Below are positions 42,392 through 55,608 of a stretch of 64,000 bases of DNA, one piece after another; position 1 is the stretch's first letter, and each line of letters opens with the position of its first letter. The translations under genes and the position numbers were made by a program. The stretch is from contig OY762897.2 of the NCBI GenBank assembly GCA_963666515.2, positions 2,880,001-2,944,000 of the forward strand, given 5' to 3'. The notes beneath the pieces are model-generated. The model was not told the origin of the DNA and made no database searches. It saw nothing but the letters and a program-made list of their open reading frames with translations. The DNA is from Candidatus Binatia bacterium (lineage in GTDB: Bacteria; Desulfobacterota; Binatia; UBA9968; JAJDTQ01).

Positions 42392-44071
42392 TCAGTCCTC
42401 GTCCTCGCCGTAGAAGGACTCGTTGGGCAGGATGTCCTTGGTGGAGCGGCGCTGGCGGGCGATCTTCGTGCCGGTCTTCCAGTACTCGCCGCGGGTGGCG
42501 AGGGCCGCCTCCTGCTCCAGCTCCGGGTTCCAGTCCCCCAGCGAGTAGCCGAACCAGGGCGACTGGGGCTCCAGCTCCGGCAGCCCCAGCTCCTCCCAGA
42601 GCTTCCGGCCCCGTTCCATGTACTCCCGGGTGGGGAGCGAGATGGGCGGCAGCTTCTCCTTCAGGGTGGCGTCCCAGAGCAGGCACGAGTCGTCCGCGGA
42701 GCCGCGGGCGTCGTGCCGGGGGGCGTGGCCCACGTCCATGCCGTGCATGATCTGCACGTCCCGGTGCGGCTTGGAGCGGTAGCCCATGGCCCAGAATACG
42801 GCGTCGAGGTTGTCGGGGTCGATGTCCTCGTCCACCGCGATGACGATCTTGGACATGGAGGGGCGGAAGGCCACCGCGCCCATGAGCGCGCGCCACACCT
42901 CCGCGGGACTGGGCTCGCGCATCTGGATCACGGTGAGCTTCTGGGTTGCGGTCAGGGGCTCGTGGAGCATCACCCGCACCACGCTCTTGACCCCGATGCC
43001 GTCCCGCAGGTGTTCCAGGTAGAGGGGCTCGTACGCCATCTTCTTGATGACGCTGGACTCGGACGGCGTCACCTGGCTGATGATGGAGCACAGGACGGCG
43101 TCCCGGCGGCGGGTGATGCAGGTGACCTCCATGAACGGGTTGTACTCCTTGGGGTTGACGTGGCCGTGGGACTCGCCGAACGGCGCCTCGGGCTCCAGCC
43201 ACTCGGTGTCGACGAAGCCCTCGACGATGATCTCCGCGTCCGCCGGCACCATCACCGGAACGGTGCGCGCCTCGGTCACCCGGATGGGCGCCTTCACCAG
43301 GCCGCCGGCCACGGAGAACTCGTCGAGGTCGTAGGCGAGCTTCTGCGCGGCCACGTAGGAGATGGCGGGGACGCCGCCGATGCACAGCGCCACCGGCATC
43401 TTCTCGCCCCGCTCCCGGTACTTGAGCCAGTGCCGGTAGATGCCCTGCCCCAGCTCGATGGACGGGTTGCAGCCGACCCGGTCCCGGGCCTTGATCATGG
43501 CGCGGTAGGTGCCGATGTTGTGCCCGCCGTGGTCGGGATCGCGGGAGACGAAGTGGGCGGCGCTCACGTAGGGCGCGTTGTCCCAGCCGGGGGTGGAGAT
43601 GGGGACCGGGATGCCGTCCATGCCCCGGCCCCGGCTCTTGAGCTGCGCCCCCGAATAGACCACCTCGTGCACCGGCGCGGCCGATGACGGGATCTCCACC
43701 GGCGCCACTGGGTTGGTCTTGGCCTCGGCCCACAGGGCGTTGATGTCGGCGTCCTCGTCGCACCCCAGGCCGATGCGGTAGATGCGCCGGTTGGCCGCCA
43801 GCACCCCGATGGCCACCGGGATGTCGTAGCGCTTTCCCTTGGCGTCCACCGGCTGCTCGAACAGGAACGCCTTGCGGTCCCGTTCCTTGATGCCGCCTCT
43901 GAACTGCCAGCGCACCAGCGGGTGCATGTCCTGATCCTTGTCAACCGGGCGCGCCACCCGGATCAGCAGGCCGGCTTCGTCCAGACGGTGGAGATGTTCG
44001 TGGAGATCCGGATAGCCTCTTTCCGGTATGGCCTGCGCCGCGCTCGTGAGCCTCGGGTTCCTCTTTGCCAT
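42392..44071 (-). CDS. UbiD family prFMN-dependent (de)carboxylase
   Basis: DLHEHL..L...G.L, NIGTYR, VPADAEIIVEG, EAPFGESHGH, KIVIAVDEDIDP. Confidence 0.92.
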   Translation of the reverse strand: MAKRNPRLTSAAQAIPERGYPDLHEHLHRLDEAGLLIRVARPVDKDQDMHPLVRWQFRGGIKERDRKAFLFEQPVDAKGKRYDIPVAIGVLAANRRIYRIGLGCDEDADINALWAEAKTNPVAPVEIPSSAAPVHEVVYSGAQLKSRGRGMDGIPVPISTPGWDNAPYVSAAHFVSRDPDHGGHNIGTYRAMIKARDRVGCNPSIELGQGIYRHWLKYRERGEKMPVALCIGGVPAISYVAAQKLAYDLDEFSVAGGLVKAPIRVTEARTVPVMVPADAEIIVEGFVDTEWLEPEAPFGESHGHVNPKEYNPFMEVTCITRRRDAVLCSIISQVTPSESSVIKKMAYEPLYLEHLRDGIGVKSVVRVMLHEPLTATQKLTVIQMREPSPAEVWRALMGAVAFRPSMSKIVIAVDEDIDPDNLDAVFWAMGYRSKPHRDVQIMHGMDVGHAPRHDARGSADDSCLLWDATLKEKLPPISLPTREYMERGRKLWEELGLPELEPQSPWFGYSLGDWNPELEQEAALATRGEYWKTGTKIARQRRSTKDILPNESFYGEDED

Positions 44072-44256
44072 GATGGGTCCTTTTCCGCTGGGAGTGGGGT
44101 CGGTGGAGAGTGTCACTGTATCGTACCGGTGCGGGGCAAGTCCAGGAGATCGGGGCGCGACCGCCGGTCGCCCCTGCAAGGGTGTTGCGTGCCGTTGCGG
44201 GCGCCGCCTCCCTTCGGCTAGACTCCTCCACCGTTCCCCGTAAGGTAACCGGCCCC

Positions 44257-47200
44257 GTGACGTCACTTTCACTCGACGACAGGATCTCGCAACTGCTCGC
44301 CCATGAGTGGCGCGGCGAGAAGCGCATCTCCGGGCTTCAGGGCAGCGCCAAGGCCTACGCCGTCTTCCTCGCGGCCCGGCGGCTCGACTGCCCTCTGGTG
44401 GTGCTGTCGCCCAGCGTCAAGGAGGCGGAGGGCCTTTTCCTCGACCTCTCGTTCTTCCTGGGGGAAGAGGCCGGCGCACCTCCGCTGGAGCGGCGGCTCC
44501 ACCTTTTCCCGGGCTGGGACATCCTGCCGTTCGAGAGCCTGTCTCCGCATCCGGACCAGATGGCGGCGCGCATGGAGGGCCTCCACCGGCTCGCGCAACA
44601 GTCCGCGCCGGTGCTGGTCACCACTCCGGCGGCGGTGATGCAGCGGGTGGTTCCACGGGAAAGCTTCCGCAGCGCGCGCTTCATCGAGGGCCAGGAGGTG
44701 GACCGGGAGCAGCTCCTGTGGCGGCTCGCCGACCTGGGCTTCGCGCGCGCGCCGCTGGTGGAGGAGCGGGGCGACTTCAGCGTGCGCGGCGGCATCGTGG
44801 ACGTCTTCCCTCCGGGCTACGAGCGCCCCGTCCGCATGGAGTTCGCCGACGACCGCATCGATTCCCTCCGCGAGTTCGATCCCCGCACCCAGCGCTCCCG
44901 GTCACGGCACGGAGAGCTGTTGCTGCTGCCCATGAAGGAGTTCGCCTCGGGGCCGCAAACCAGCCGGGACACCGTGCTCCGCATCGAGGAGCGGGCGGAC
45001 GAGCTGGGCTTCACCCGCAAGGACAAGCGGGCGCTGCTGGAGTCGGTGCGCGAGGGAGTCCGTTTTGCCGGCATGGAGTTCCTGGCGCCCTACTTCCACG
45101 ACCGCCCGCTACCGTCGCTCCTGGACCACCTGCCGCGGCGCGGCATCGTCTGGTGCGATCAGCCGTCGCGGGTGGAGGAGGAGTTGGAACGGTTCGAGAA
45201 GCTGGTGGCGCAGAGGGCGTCCAAGGCCGCGGCGGATGGCCGCTTCCATCCCCGCACCGAGGACCTGTACCTGGACCCGGACGGCTGGCGCGAGGAGGCC
45301 GCCGCCTTCCGGCAGATCCACAGCGAGAGCCTCGACGTGCTCGCGTCCCCGGACGACGCCTCGTCGACGCTCTCGGTGCGCTCCTACACCAACGCCGACC
45401 TGCACACCGAGCTGACCACGCAGCAGGGATCGGAACGCTCGCTGGCGCCGCTGGTGGAGCACCTGGACCGGTGGCGCGATCAGCGGGTGCTGTTCGTAGG
45501 CGGGCATCCGGGCGACGCCCAGCGGCTGCAACAGCTTCTGGCCTACTACGAGGTGGACCTGCCGGTCTCGGAGCGCCCCTTCCAGGAGGTCGCGGGCGAA
45601 CCCGCCAACGGCCCCCGGATCCTGCTGGGCGGCCTGACCCAGGGCGTGCGTATCCCCGACGAAAGGCTGATCATCATCACCCTGGAGGAGTTGTGGGGGC
45701 GCCGCAAGCGGGACCGTTCCATCCGCAAGCGGGAGACCCCGAGCCGCTTCATCACCAGCCTGAGCGAGCTGCGGCAGGACGACGTGGTGGTGCACCTCGA
45801 CCAGGGCATCGGCATCTACCGGGGGCTCAAGCACCTCAAGGTGGCGGGCGTCGAAGGCGAGTTCCTGCACCTGGAGTACCAGGGAGGCGACCGCCTCTAC
45901 CTGCCCATCGACCGCATCAACCTGGTGCAGAAGTTCATCGGCGCGGACGGCGCCGCCCCGGTGCTGGACCGGCTGGGCGGGACCTCCTGGCTCAAGCTCA
46001 AGGCGCGGACGCGCAAGTCCATCGTGGCCATGGCCAAGGAGCTGCTGCGGGTCTACGCCGCGCGGGAACTGCACGAAGGCCACGACTTCCCTCCCCCGGA
46101 CCAGGCGTACCGGGAGTTCGAGGCCGCCTTCGAGTACGAGGAGACGCCGGACCAGGAGCGGGCCATCTCCGACACCCTCCAGGACATGACCGGGAGCAAG
46201 CCCATGGACCGGCTCATCTGCGGCGACGTGGGCTACGGCAAGACCGAGGTGGCCATGCGCGCGGCCTTCATGGCGGTGATGGACGGCCGGCAGGTGGCCG
46301 TGCTCGCCCCCACCACCATCCTGGCGCAGCAGCACCTGGAGACCTTCCGCAGCCGCTTCGAGCCCTACCCGGTGCGGGTGGAGAGCCTCAGCCGCTTCGT
46401 CACCGGCAAGACCGTGCAGGAGTCCCTCAGGGACCTCGCCGGCGGGCTCATCGACATCGTCATCGGCACCCACCGCCTGCTCCAGAGCGACGTGGCCTTC
46501 AAGAACCTGGGACTGGTGGTGGTCGACGAGGAACACCGCTTCGGCGTCGGTCACAAGGAGAAGCTCAAGAAGCTCCGCACCAGCGTGGACGTCATGAGCC
46601 TCACCGCCACGCCCATTCCCAGGACCCTGCACATGTCGCTGGTGGGCATCCGCGACCTGAGCGTGATCGAGACCCCGCCGCCCAACCGGCTCGCGGTGAG
46701 GACCTACGTGACGCGATACGACGAGGGCACGATCCGCGACGCCATCCTGCGGGAGATCAACCGCGAGGGGCAGGTGTTCTTCCTGCACAACCGGGTGGAG
46801 AGCATTCAGCGCGTCGGGCAGAAGATCATGGACCTGGTGCCCGAGGCGCGGGTCACCGTGGCCCACGGGCAGATGCCGCCCGCGGAGCTCAAGAAGAACA
46901 TGGGCCTGTTCCAGGAGAACGAGGCCCAGGTGCTGGTGTGCTCCGCCATCATCGAATCGGGCCTGGACTACCCCAACGCCAACACCATCATCATCAACCG
47001 CGCGGACCGGTTCGGCCTCGCCCAGCTCTACCAGTTGCGCGGCCGGGTGGGCCGCTCGTCCCGCCGCGCCTACGCCTACCTGCTGCTGCCCGGCAGCGGC
47101 ACGGTGACCAAGGACGCGGAGAAGCGGCTGCGGGCGCTGCAGGAACTGGACGAGTTGGGCAGCGGCTTCAAGCTGGCGCTGCACGACCTGGAGATCCGCG

Positions 47201-47775
47201 GCGCCGGCAACCTGCTGGGGCGCGAGCAGTCGGGCCAGATCGCCGCGGTGGGCTTCGAGCTGTACACCCAGATGATGGAGGAGACCATCCACGAGCTGAA
47301 GGGGGAGGAGCGCCGGGTCAGCGTGGAGCCGGAGATACGCCTGGGCATCCCCGCCTACTTCCCGGACGACTACATCCCCAGCGCCAACCAGCGCCTGCTG
47401 TTCTACAAGCGGCTGGCCAACCTGGAGGACGCGGACCAGTTGGCGGAGATCCGCGACGAGGTCCGCGACCGTTACGGGAGTTGCCCGGAGGTGGTGGAGA
47501 ATCTGTTCAGGGTGATGGAGTTGAGGCGCGCCCTCATCCACGCGCTGGCGACCCAGGTCATCTACCAGGACGGCCGCCTGTCGATGACGTTCCACGCCGA
47601 CGCCCTCCTGAACGTGGACCGGCTGCTCAAGCTCGCGGCGGAGGATCACCGGCGGTTCCAGTTCTCGCCCCAGGGACGCCTGTCGTTCACTCCGGACCAT
47701 GCGGACTGGCCCGCGCTCATCGGCGAGGCCTGCGAGTTATTGCAGGCCGTCTGTCAGGAAGGTATGGTGACGTGA
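44257..47775 (+). CDS. mfd: transcription-repair coupling factor Mfd
   Basis: RGGIVDVF, VVH..GIG.Y, MDRLICGDVGYGKTEVA, DEEHRFG, TATPIPRTL, QLRGRVGR, DLEIRGAGNLLG. Confidence 0.97.
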   Translation: MTSLSLDDRISQLLAHEWRGEKRISGLQGSAKAYAVFLAARRLDCPLVVLSPSVKEAEGLFLDLSFFLGEEAGAPPLERRLHLFPGWDILPFESLSPHPDQMAARMEGLHRLAQQSAPVLVTTPAAVMQRVVPRESFRSARFIEGQEVDREQLLWRLADLGFARAPLVEERGDFSVRGGIVDVFPPGYERPVRMEFADDRIDSLREFDPRTQRSRSRHGELLLLPMKEFASGPQTSRDTVLRIEERADELGFTRKDKRALLESVREGVRFAGMEFLAPYFHDRPLPSLLDHLPRRGIVWCDQPSRVEEELERFEKLVAQRASKAAADGRFHPRTEDLYLDPDGWREEAAAFRQIHSESLDVLASPDDASSTLSVRSYTNADLHTELTTQQGSERSLAPLVEHLDRWRDQRVLFVGGHPGDAQRLQQLLAYYEVDLPVSERPFQEVAGEPANGPRILLGGLTQGVRIPDERLIIITLEELWGRRKRDRSIRKRETPSRFITSLSELRQDDVVVHLDQGIGIYRGLKHLKVAGVEGEFLHLEYQGGDRLYLPIDRINLVQKFIGADGAAPVLDRLGGTSWLKLKARTRKSIVAMAKELLRVYAARELHEGHDFPPPDQAYREFEAAFEYEETPDQERAISDTLQDMTGSKPMDRLICGDVGYGKTEVAMRAAFMAVMDGRQVAVLAPTTILAQQHLETFRSRFEPYPVRVESLSRFVTGKTVQESLRDLAGGLIDIVIGTHRLLQSDVAFKNLGLVVVDEEHRFGVGHKEKLKKLRTSVDVMSLTATPIPRTLHMSLVGIRDLSVIETPPPNRLAVRTYVTRYDEGTIRDAILREINREGQVFFLHNRVESIQRVGQKIMDLVPEARVTVAHGQMPPAELKKNMGLFQENEAQVLVCSAIIESGLDYPNANTIIINRADRFGLAQLYQLRGRVGRSSRRAYAYLLLPGSGTVTKDAEKRLRALQELDELGSGFKLALHDLEIRGAGNLLGREQSGQIAAVGFELYTQMMEETIHELKGEERRVSVEPEIRLGIPAYFPDDYIPSANQRLLFYKRLANLEDADQLAEIRDEVRDRYGSCPEVVENLFRVMELRRALIHALATQVIYQDGRLSMTFHADALLNVDRLLKLAAEDHRRFQFSPQGRLSFTPDHADWPALIGEACELLQAVCQEGMVT

Positions 47776-49088
47776 TGCCGTTCATCGCAAATACCCGTGC
47801 ACGGGCCGGTCTGAAAACCGCCGGTATCGGGCTGCGCGGCGCGTGCGCCGCGGCCTTCCTCGCCTTGCTCGTGACGTGCCCCGGCGGCGCGGCCGCGAGC
47901 CTGGTCGAAAAGATCGTCGTGGTGGTCAACGGCGACCCACACACGTTCTCGGACCTGAGAGAATTCTCCCGCACCCAGTTGAGGCGGGACGTCGAGATCG
48001 ACGAGTTGACCGCCGGGCGCGTGCCCAAGGAGGTGGTGGAGGACTTCATCACCCGCGAGCTGATCAGGGCCGAGGTCAGGAACACGGGGATCCGCGTGGG
48101 CGACGCCGACATCGACCGGTACATCCAGTCCGTCAGGGAACGGAACGACCTGACCCCCGCGCAGTTCGACGCGCTGTTGAAGCGGGACGGCAAGACCATG
48201 AGCCAATACCGCGAAGAGGTCCGAGCCCGGATCGAGCAGGACGAGCTGATCCAGCGCAACGTCAGGCGAAGGGTCCACATCACGCTCCAGGACGCGCAGC
48301 GCTACTACGACGCCAACCCCCACCTGTACCGGACCGAGCTGAAGGTGCGGCTCCGCCACCTCATGCTGGCCCTCGACGAGGGCGCCTCCTCCGAGCAGGA
48401 GCAGTCGGTGCTGGCGCGCATCGGGGACTTGCGCCGGCAGGTCGTGGACGGGGCGGACTTCGCCGCGCTGGCGCGGACCCACTCACAGGGCGCGGGCGCG
48501 AGCGAAGGCGGCGACATCGGCTGGGTCGAACCCGAGAGCCTTCCCGATTCCCTCGCGCGGGTGGCCGCCGCCCTGGAGAAGGGAGAGATCAGCGAGCCGG
48601 TGCGCACGAGCCTGGGATACCATCTGGTCCGGGCGGAGGACCGGCAGGGCGGGGAGCGCCTGGGGTTCGCCGCGGTTTCGGAAAAGGCGCGCGACGAGCT
48701 TTACAACAAGACGCTCCAGGAAAGATTCGCCAAGTGGCTCAAGACCGACCTGCGCAAGAAGCACCGCGTGGAGGTCAAGCTGGACGGGTACGCCTTCGAG
48801 GCGCAGAAGGCCGAGAGGGGCACGGTCGGCAGCCTGGTGGCCTCGGCCACCGCGGGCGAAGAAGAAAGGGGCTTCTGGGACTACCTCAACCCGGTGACCT
48901 ACATCTATGACGAAGAAGTGATACGGGACACGTCGGGGGTGGTCGGCGACCGCAAGCGCATCAAGCTGTTCGGGATACCGTTGTTCACCACCGAAGCCGG
49001 CGACGATGACGACGTGCCCCTGGATCAACCTTTCGAACGCGGCGCAGCCGCACCCGCGGAAGGCGGCGGCTCCGCCGCCTCGCCGTAG
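47775..49088 (+). CDS. SurA-like periplasmic peptidyl-prolyl isomerase
   Basis: IVVVVNG, FAALARTHS, GGDIGW, SEPVRTSLGYHL; mfd-surA-pdxA synteny. Confidence 0.88.
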   Translation: MPFIANTRARAGLKTAGIGLRGACAAAFLALLVTCPGGAAASLVEKIVVVVNGDPHTFSDLREFSRTQLRRDVEIDELTAGRVPKEVVEDFITRELIRAEVRNTGIRVGDADIDRYIQSVRERNDLTPAQFDALLKRDGKTMSQYREEVRARIEQDELIQRNVRRRVHITLQDAQRYYDANPHLYRTELKVRLRHLMLALDEGASSEQEQSVLARIGDLRRQVVDGADFAALARTHSQGAGASEGGDIGWVEPESLPDSLARVAAALEKGEISEPVRTSLGYHLVRAEDRQGGERLGFAAVSEKARDELYNKTLQERFAKWLKTDLRKKHRVEVKLDGYAFEAQKAERGTVGSLVASATAGEEERGFWDYLNPVTYIYDEEVIRDTSGVVGDRKRIKLFGIPLFTTEAGDDDDVPLDQPFERGAAAPAEGGGSAASP

Positions 49089-49156
49089 AGAATCCGCTCG
49101 GGACACTCGTCTCCTGTCCCGCATCCGGCGGCGCCGGCCTCATCCCTGTTGTTGCC

Positions 49157-50145
49157 ATGTCCAAACCCGTCGTGGCCGTAACCATGGGCGATCCCTCGGG
49201 CATCGGACCCGAGGTGGTGATCAAGGCCGCCCGGGACGCCGCGGTGCGGCGCGCCTGCCGCGTGGTGATCGTAGGCGACGCCGGGCTGCTCGAGCAGGCG
49301 CATGCGCCCCGATGGCCGAGCGGGGAGACCGGCGCCGCGGCCCGTGACGACGCTCCCGTACGGGTGGAATCCGTCACGCGGCTCAAGCCCGCGGCCGCCC
49401 GCCCCGGGCGCCCCACGCGAAACGGCGGCGACGCCTCCTACCGTTACATCCTGCGCGCGGTGGACCTCATCGGCGCCGGCGCAGCCGACGCCATGGCCAC
49501 CGCGCCCATCAGCAAGAAGGCATTGAACGGCGCCGGCCACGCCTGGCCCGGGCACACCGAGCTGCTGGCCGACCTCACGCGCACGCGGGAAGTCCGCATG
49601 ATGCTGTACGGGCCGCGCCTCAAGGTGGTCCTGGTCACGGTGCACCTGCCCCTGACGGAAGTGGCCGCGGCGTTGAGCCGCAAGCGGGTGCGCGCCACCA
49701 TCGCGCTGACCCACCGTTCGCTGCAGCAGTGGTTCGGCCTGGCGGAGCCGCGGCTGGCGGTGGCCGCCCTGAACCCCCACGGGGGTGAAGACGGCATGTT
49801 CGGGCAGGAGGAACGCACGGTGATCCGGCCCGCGGTGCGCGACTGCTCGGGCCGGGGCATGCGCGTCTCAGGCCCGGTCCCCGCGGACAGCCTGTTCCAC
49901 CGCGCCGCCGGCGGCGCATACGACGCCGTCATCTGCATGTATCACGACCAAGGGCTCGGCCCCTTCAAGCTGTTGCACTTCACGGACGGCGTCAACCTGA
50001 CCCTGGGTCTGCCGCTGGTCAGGACCTCGGTGGACCACGGGACCGCCTACGACATCGCCGGCAAGGGCGTGGCCGACGCCCGCAGCATGAAGCAGGCGAT
50101 CCTGCTGGCGGCGAAGCTGGCGCAGCGGCGGCCGAGGCCCGCGCC

Positions 50146-50149
<4 letters not shown>
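49157..50149 (+). CDS. pdxA: 4-hydroxythreonine-4-phosphate dehydrogenase
   Basis: [45 protein letters not shown]. Confidence 0.96.
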
Positions 50150-52731
<2,582 letters not shown>

Positions 52732-52783
52732 CATCCACGAGGCTTAGGGCCTAAATGAAATGGTTTTTCGGAGGTATGGTTTC

Positions 52784-53992
52784 TTGAAGCTCCCCGTATA
52801 TTTCGACAATCACGCCACCACTCCCGTGGACCCGCGGGTGGTGGAGGCGATGCTGCCGTTCTTCACCGAGCGGTTCGGGAATTCGGCCAGCAAGCACGCG
52901 TTCGGCTGGGAAGCGGAAGCCGCGGTGCACCAGGCGCGGAAGGACGTCGGCAGCCTGATCGGCGCGGCTCCCAAGGAGATCGTCTTCACCAGCGGGGCGA
53001 CGGAGTCGGACAACTTGGCCATAAAAGGAGTGGCGGAGCTGTACCGGGACCGGGGCGACCACATCATCACCTGCGCGGCCGAGCACAAGGCGGTGCTGGA
53101 CTGCTGCAAGTTCCTGGAGCGGCACGGCTACCGGGTCACCTACCTGCCGGTGGACGCCTGCGGCGCGGTGGACCTGGAGAGGCTGCGCGCCGCCATCGAC
53201 GACAGGACGCTGCTCATTTCCATCATGCTGGCGAACAACGAAGTGGGCACCATCCAGCCGCTGGCGGAGATCGGGCGCATCGCCGAGGAGCGGGGCGTCC
53301 TGTTCCACACCGACGCCACCCAGGCGGTAGGAAAGATGCCCATCGACGTGGCCGGGTGGGGAGTCCACCTGCTGTCGATGACCGCCCACAAGCTGCACGG
53401 ACCCAAGGGCATCGGCGCGCTCTACGTGAGCGCGAGGAAACCGGCGGCGAAGCTCAGCCCGACCATCCACGGCGGAGGCCACGAGGGGGGCATGCGCTCG
53501 GGCACCCTGAACGTTCCCGGCATCGTGGGGTTCGGCAAGGCCTGCGCCATCGCCCGGGAGGAGATGGCGACGGAACTGCCGCACGTCACCCGGCTGCGCG
53601 ACCGGCTGGAGACGGGCCTGTTCTCGCGCCTCGACGAGCTGCACCTGAACGGCCATCCCACGGAGCGCCTGTGCGGCAACCTCAACGTGGCCTTCGGCTA
53701 CGTGGAAGGCGAATCGCTGATCATGGGCCTCAACGACGTGGCGGTGTCGTCCGGCTCCACCTGCACTTCCGCGGCGCTGGAGCCTTCCCACGTGCTCAAG
53801 GCCATGGGGGTGAGGGAGGACCTGGCCCACGGCTCCATCCGGTTCGGCCTGGGCCGGTTCAATACCGAGGAGGAAGTGGACTACGTGGTGGACCGGGTGA
53901 CGGAGGAGGTCAACCGGCTGCGCGGCCTTTCGCCGCTCTACGCCAAGCGGTCGGGAGAGGGAAGAGCGGCGCAGGCGGCCGCGGGGAAATAG
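52784..53992 (+). CDS. iscS: cysteine desulfurase IscS
   Basis: [40 protein letters not shown]; probable TTG start after GGAGG. Confidence 0.93.
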   Translation: MKLPVYFDNHATTPVDPRVVEAMLPFFTERFGNSASKHAFGWEAEAAVHQARKDVGSLIGAAPKEIVFTSGATESDNLAIKGVAELYRDRGDHIITCAAEHKAVLDCCKFLERHGYRVTYLPVDACGAVDLERLRAAIDDRTLLISIMLANNEVGTIQPLAEIGRIAEERGVLFHTDATQAVGKMPIDVAGWGVHLLSMTAHKLHGPKGIGALYVSARKPAAKLSPTIHGGGHEGGMRSGTLNVPGIVGFGKACAIAREEMATELPHVTRLRDRLETGLFSRLDELHLNGHPTERLCGNLNVAFGYVEGESLIMGLNDVAVSSGSTCTSAALEPSHVLKAMGVREDLAHGSIRFGLGRFNTEEEVDYVVDRVTEEVNRLRGLSPLYAKRSGEGRAAQAAAGK

Positions 53993-54047
53993 CGGGCCGC
54001 ACCGGCGAGACCGCCCGACAAGTACACCGGGAACACGGGGATACGGA

Positions 54048-54377
54048 ATGGCGACAGGGGTCCAGATAACGGAGCAGGCGGCCAACCGGATCAGGGAGCT
54101 GCTCGACGAGGACGAGAGGGACCTGACCGGTCTGCGCCTCAAGGTGGTGGGCGGCGGCTGTTCCGGGTTGCAGTACAAGATGGACCTCGACGACCCGAAG
54201 CCCACCGACCGGGTGTTCGAGCAGGCCGGGGCCAAGGTGATCGTGGACCTGAAGAGCCTGCTCTACCTGGGGGGCACGGAGTTGGACTACAGGGAGACCC
54301 TCATGGAGGCGGCCTTCGTGTTCCAGAACCCCAACGTAAAGCGAAGCTGCGGCTGCGGCGCCTCGTTCGTGGTCTGA
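54048..54377 (+). CDS. iscA: A-type Fe-S carrier (IscA/HesB family)
   Basis: GGGCSG, NPN...CGCG.SF. Confidence 0.92.
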   Translation: MATGVQITEQAANRIRELLDEDERDLTGLRLKVVGGGCSGLQYKMDLDDPKPTDRVFEQAGAKVIVDLKSLLYLGGTELDYRETLMEAAFVFQNPNVKRSCGCGASFVV

Positions 54378-54410
54378 GACTCCGGCGGCCGGCAAAGGAC
54401 CCGCAGGTTC

Positions 54411-55607
54411 ATGTCCGACGTCATCTACTTCGACAACAACGCAACCACGCGTATCGCGCCGCCGGTCTACGAGGCCATGGCGCCGTACCTCACCGAGCTT
54501 TATGGCAACCCCTCCAGCATACACGGCTTCGGAAGCCGGGTCGGCCGCGCCCTCGACCGCGCCCGCACCCAGGTGGCCGGACTCCTGGGCGCCGGCGACG
54601 AGGTCGAGGTGCTGTTCACCAGTTGCGGCTCGGAAGGGGACAACACCGCCATTCGCGGCATCCTCGAAGGGGCGCCGGAAAAGCGCCACTTCGTCACCAC
54701 CGCGGTGGAGCACCCCGCGGTGCTGGGCCTCGGGCAACACCTGGAAAGGAAGGGCTATCGGGTCACCTGGCTGGGGGTGGACGAGGACGGCATGCTGGAC
54801 CTGGACGAGCTGCGGGACGCCCTCTCGGACGATACCGCCCTGGTCTCGATCATGCACGCCAACAACGAGACCGGCGTCGTCTTCCCGGTACGCGAGGCCG
54901 GCGAGATCGTCAAGGCCAGGGGCATCCCCTTTCACGTGGACGCTGTGCAGGTGCCGGGCAAGATCGAGCTGGACGTCAAGAACGACCCCATCGACCTGCT
55001 GACCGTCTCGGCCCACAAGTTCCACGGCCCCAAGGGCGTGGGCGCGCTGTACGTCCGGCGGGGGATCACGCTCCGCCCCTTCATCGTCGGCGGCCACCAG
55101 GAGCGCAACCGCCGCGCCGGAACCGAGAACGTCGCCGGCATCGTGGGCATGGGCGAGGCCGCGGCGCTGACCGCCGGGGACGTCGCCGCCGAAAGCAGTC
55201 AGTTGACCGCCTTGCGCGACCAACTGGAAAGCGCGCTCGTTTCCACCTGCCCCGGCGCCCGGGTCAACGGAGCCGGGTCGAAGCGCCTGCCCAATACCCT
55301 CAACATCGCGTTCCGGTACCTGGAGGGCGAATCGATCCTGGTGCTGCTGGACGAGTTCGGCATCTGCGCCTCCACCGGCTCGGCCTGCACCGCCGGCTCG
55401 GTGGAGCCGTCCCACGTGCTGCGGGCCATGAAGGTGCCGCCAGAATGGCTGCAAGGGGCCGTCCGGTTCAGCCTCGGCCGTTACAACACCGAGGCGGAAG
55501 TCGATTTCGCTGCCGAGAAGATCCCCGGCATCATCCGGCGCCTGCAGGGCCTTTCCGCGCTGGGCCGCGTCGGAACGAAGGAAGGTCTGCCCGGGCAAGC
55601 CTCGTAG
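54411..55607 (+). CDS. nifS: cysteine desulfurase NifS-type
   Basis: YFDNNATT, FTSCGSE, HKFHGPKG, STGSACTAGSVEPSHVL. Confidence 0.88.
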   Translation: MSDVIYFDNNATTRIAPPVYEAMAPYLTELYGNPSSIHGFGSRVGRALDRARTQVAGLLGAGDEVEVLFTSCGSEGDNTAIRGILEGAPEKRHFVTTAVEHPAVLGLGQHLERKGYRVTWLGVDEDGMLDLDELRDALSDDTALVSIMHANNETGVVFPVREAGEIVKARGIPFHVDAVQVPGKIELDVKNDPIDLLTVSAHKFHGPKGVGALYVRRGITLRPFIVGGHQERNRRAGTENVAGIVGMGEAAALTAGDVAAESSQLTALRDQLESALVSTCPGARVNGAGSKRLPNTLNIAFRYLEGESILVLLDEFGICASTGSACTAGSVEPSHVLRAMKVPPEWLQGAVRFSLGRYNTEAEVDFAAEKIPGIIRRLQGLSALGRVGTKEGLPGQAS

Positions 55608-55608
55608 A

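Noticed and set aside
44307-49088. 1593-aa ORF suggesting a giant protein or overlapping gene
   Set aside because: The first ~1150 codons are an Arg/Gly/Pro-rich alternate frame of mfd caused by high-GC codon bias. Only 47775-49088 is SurA-like.
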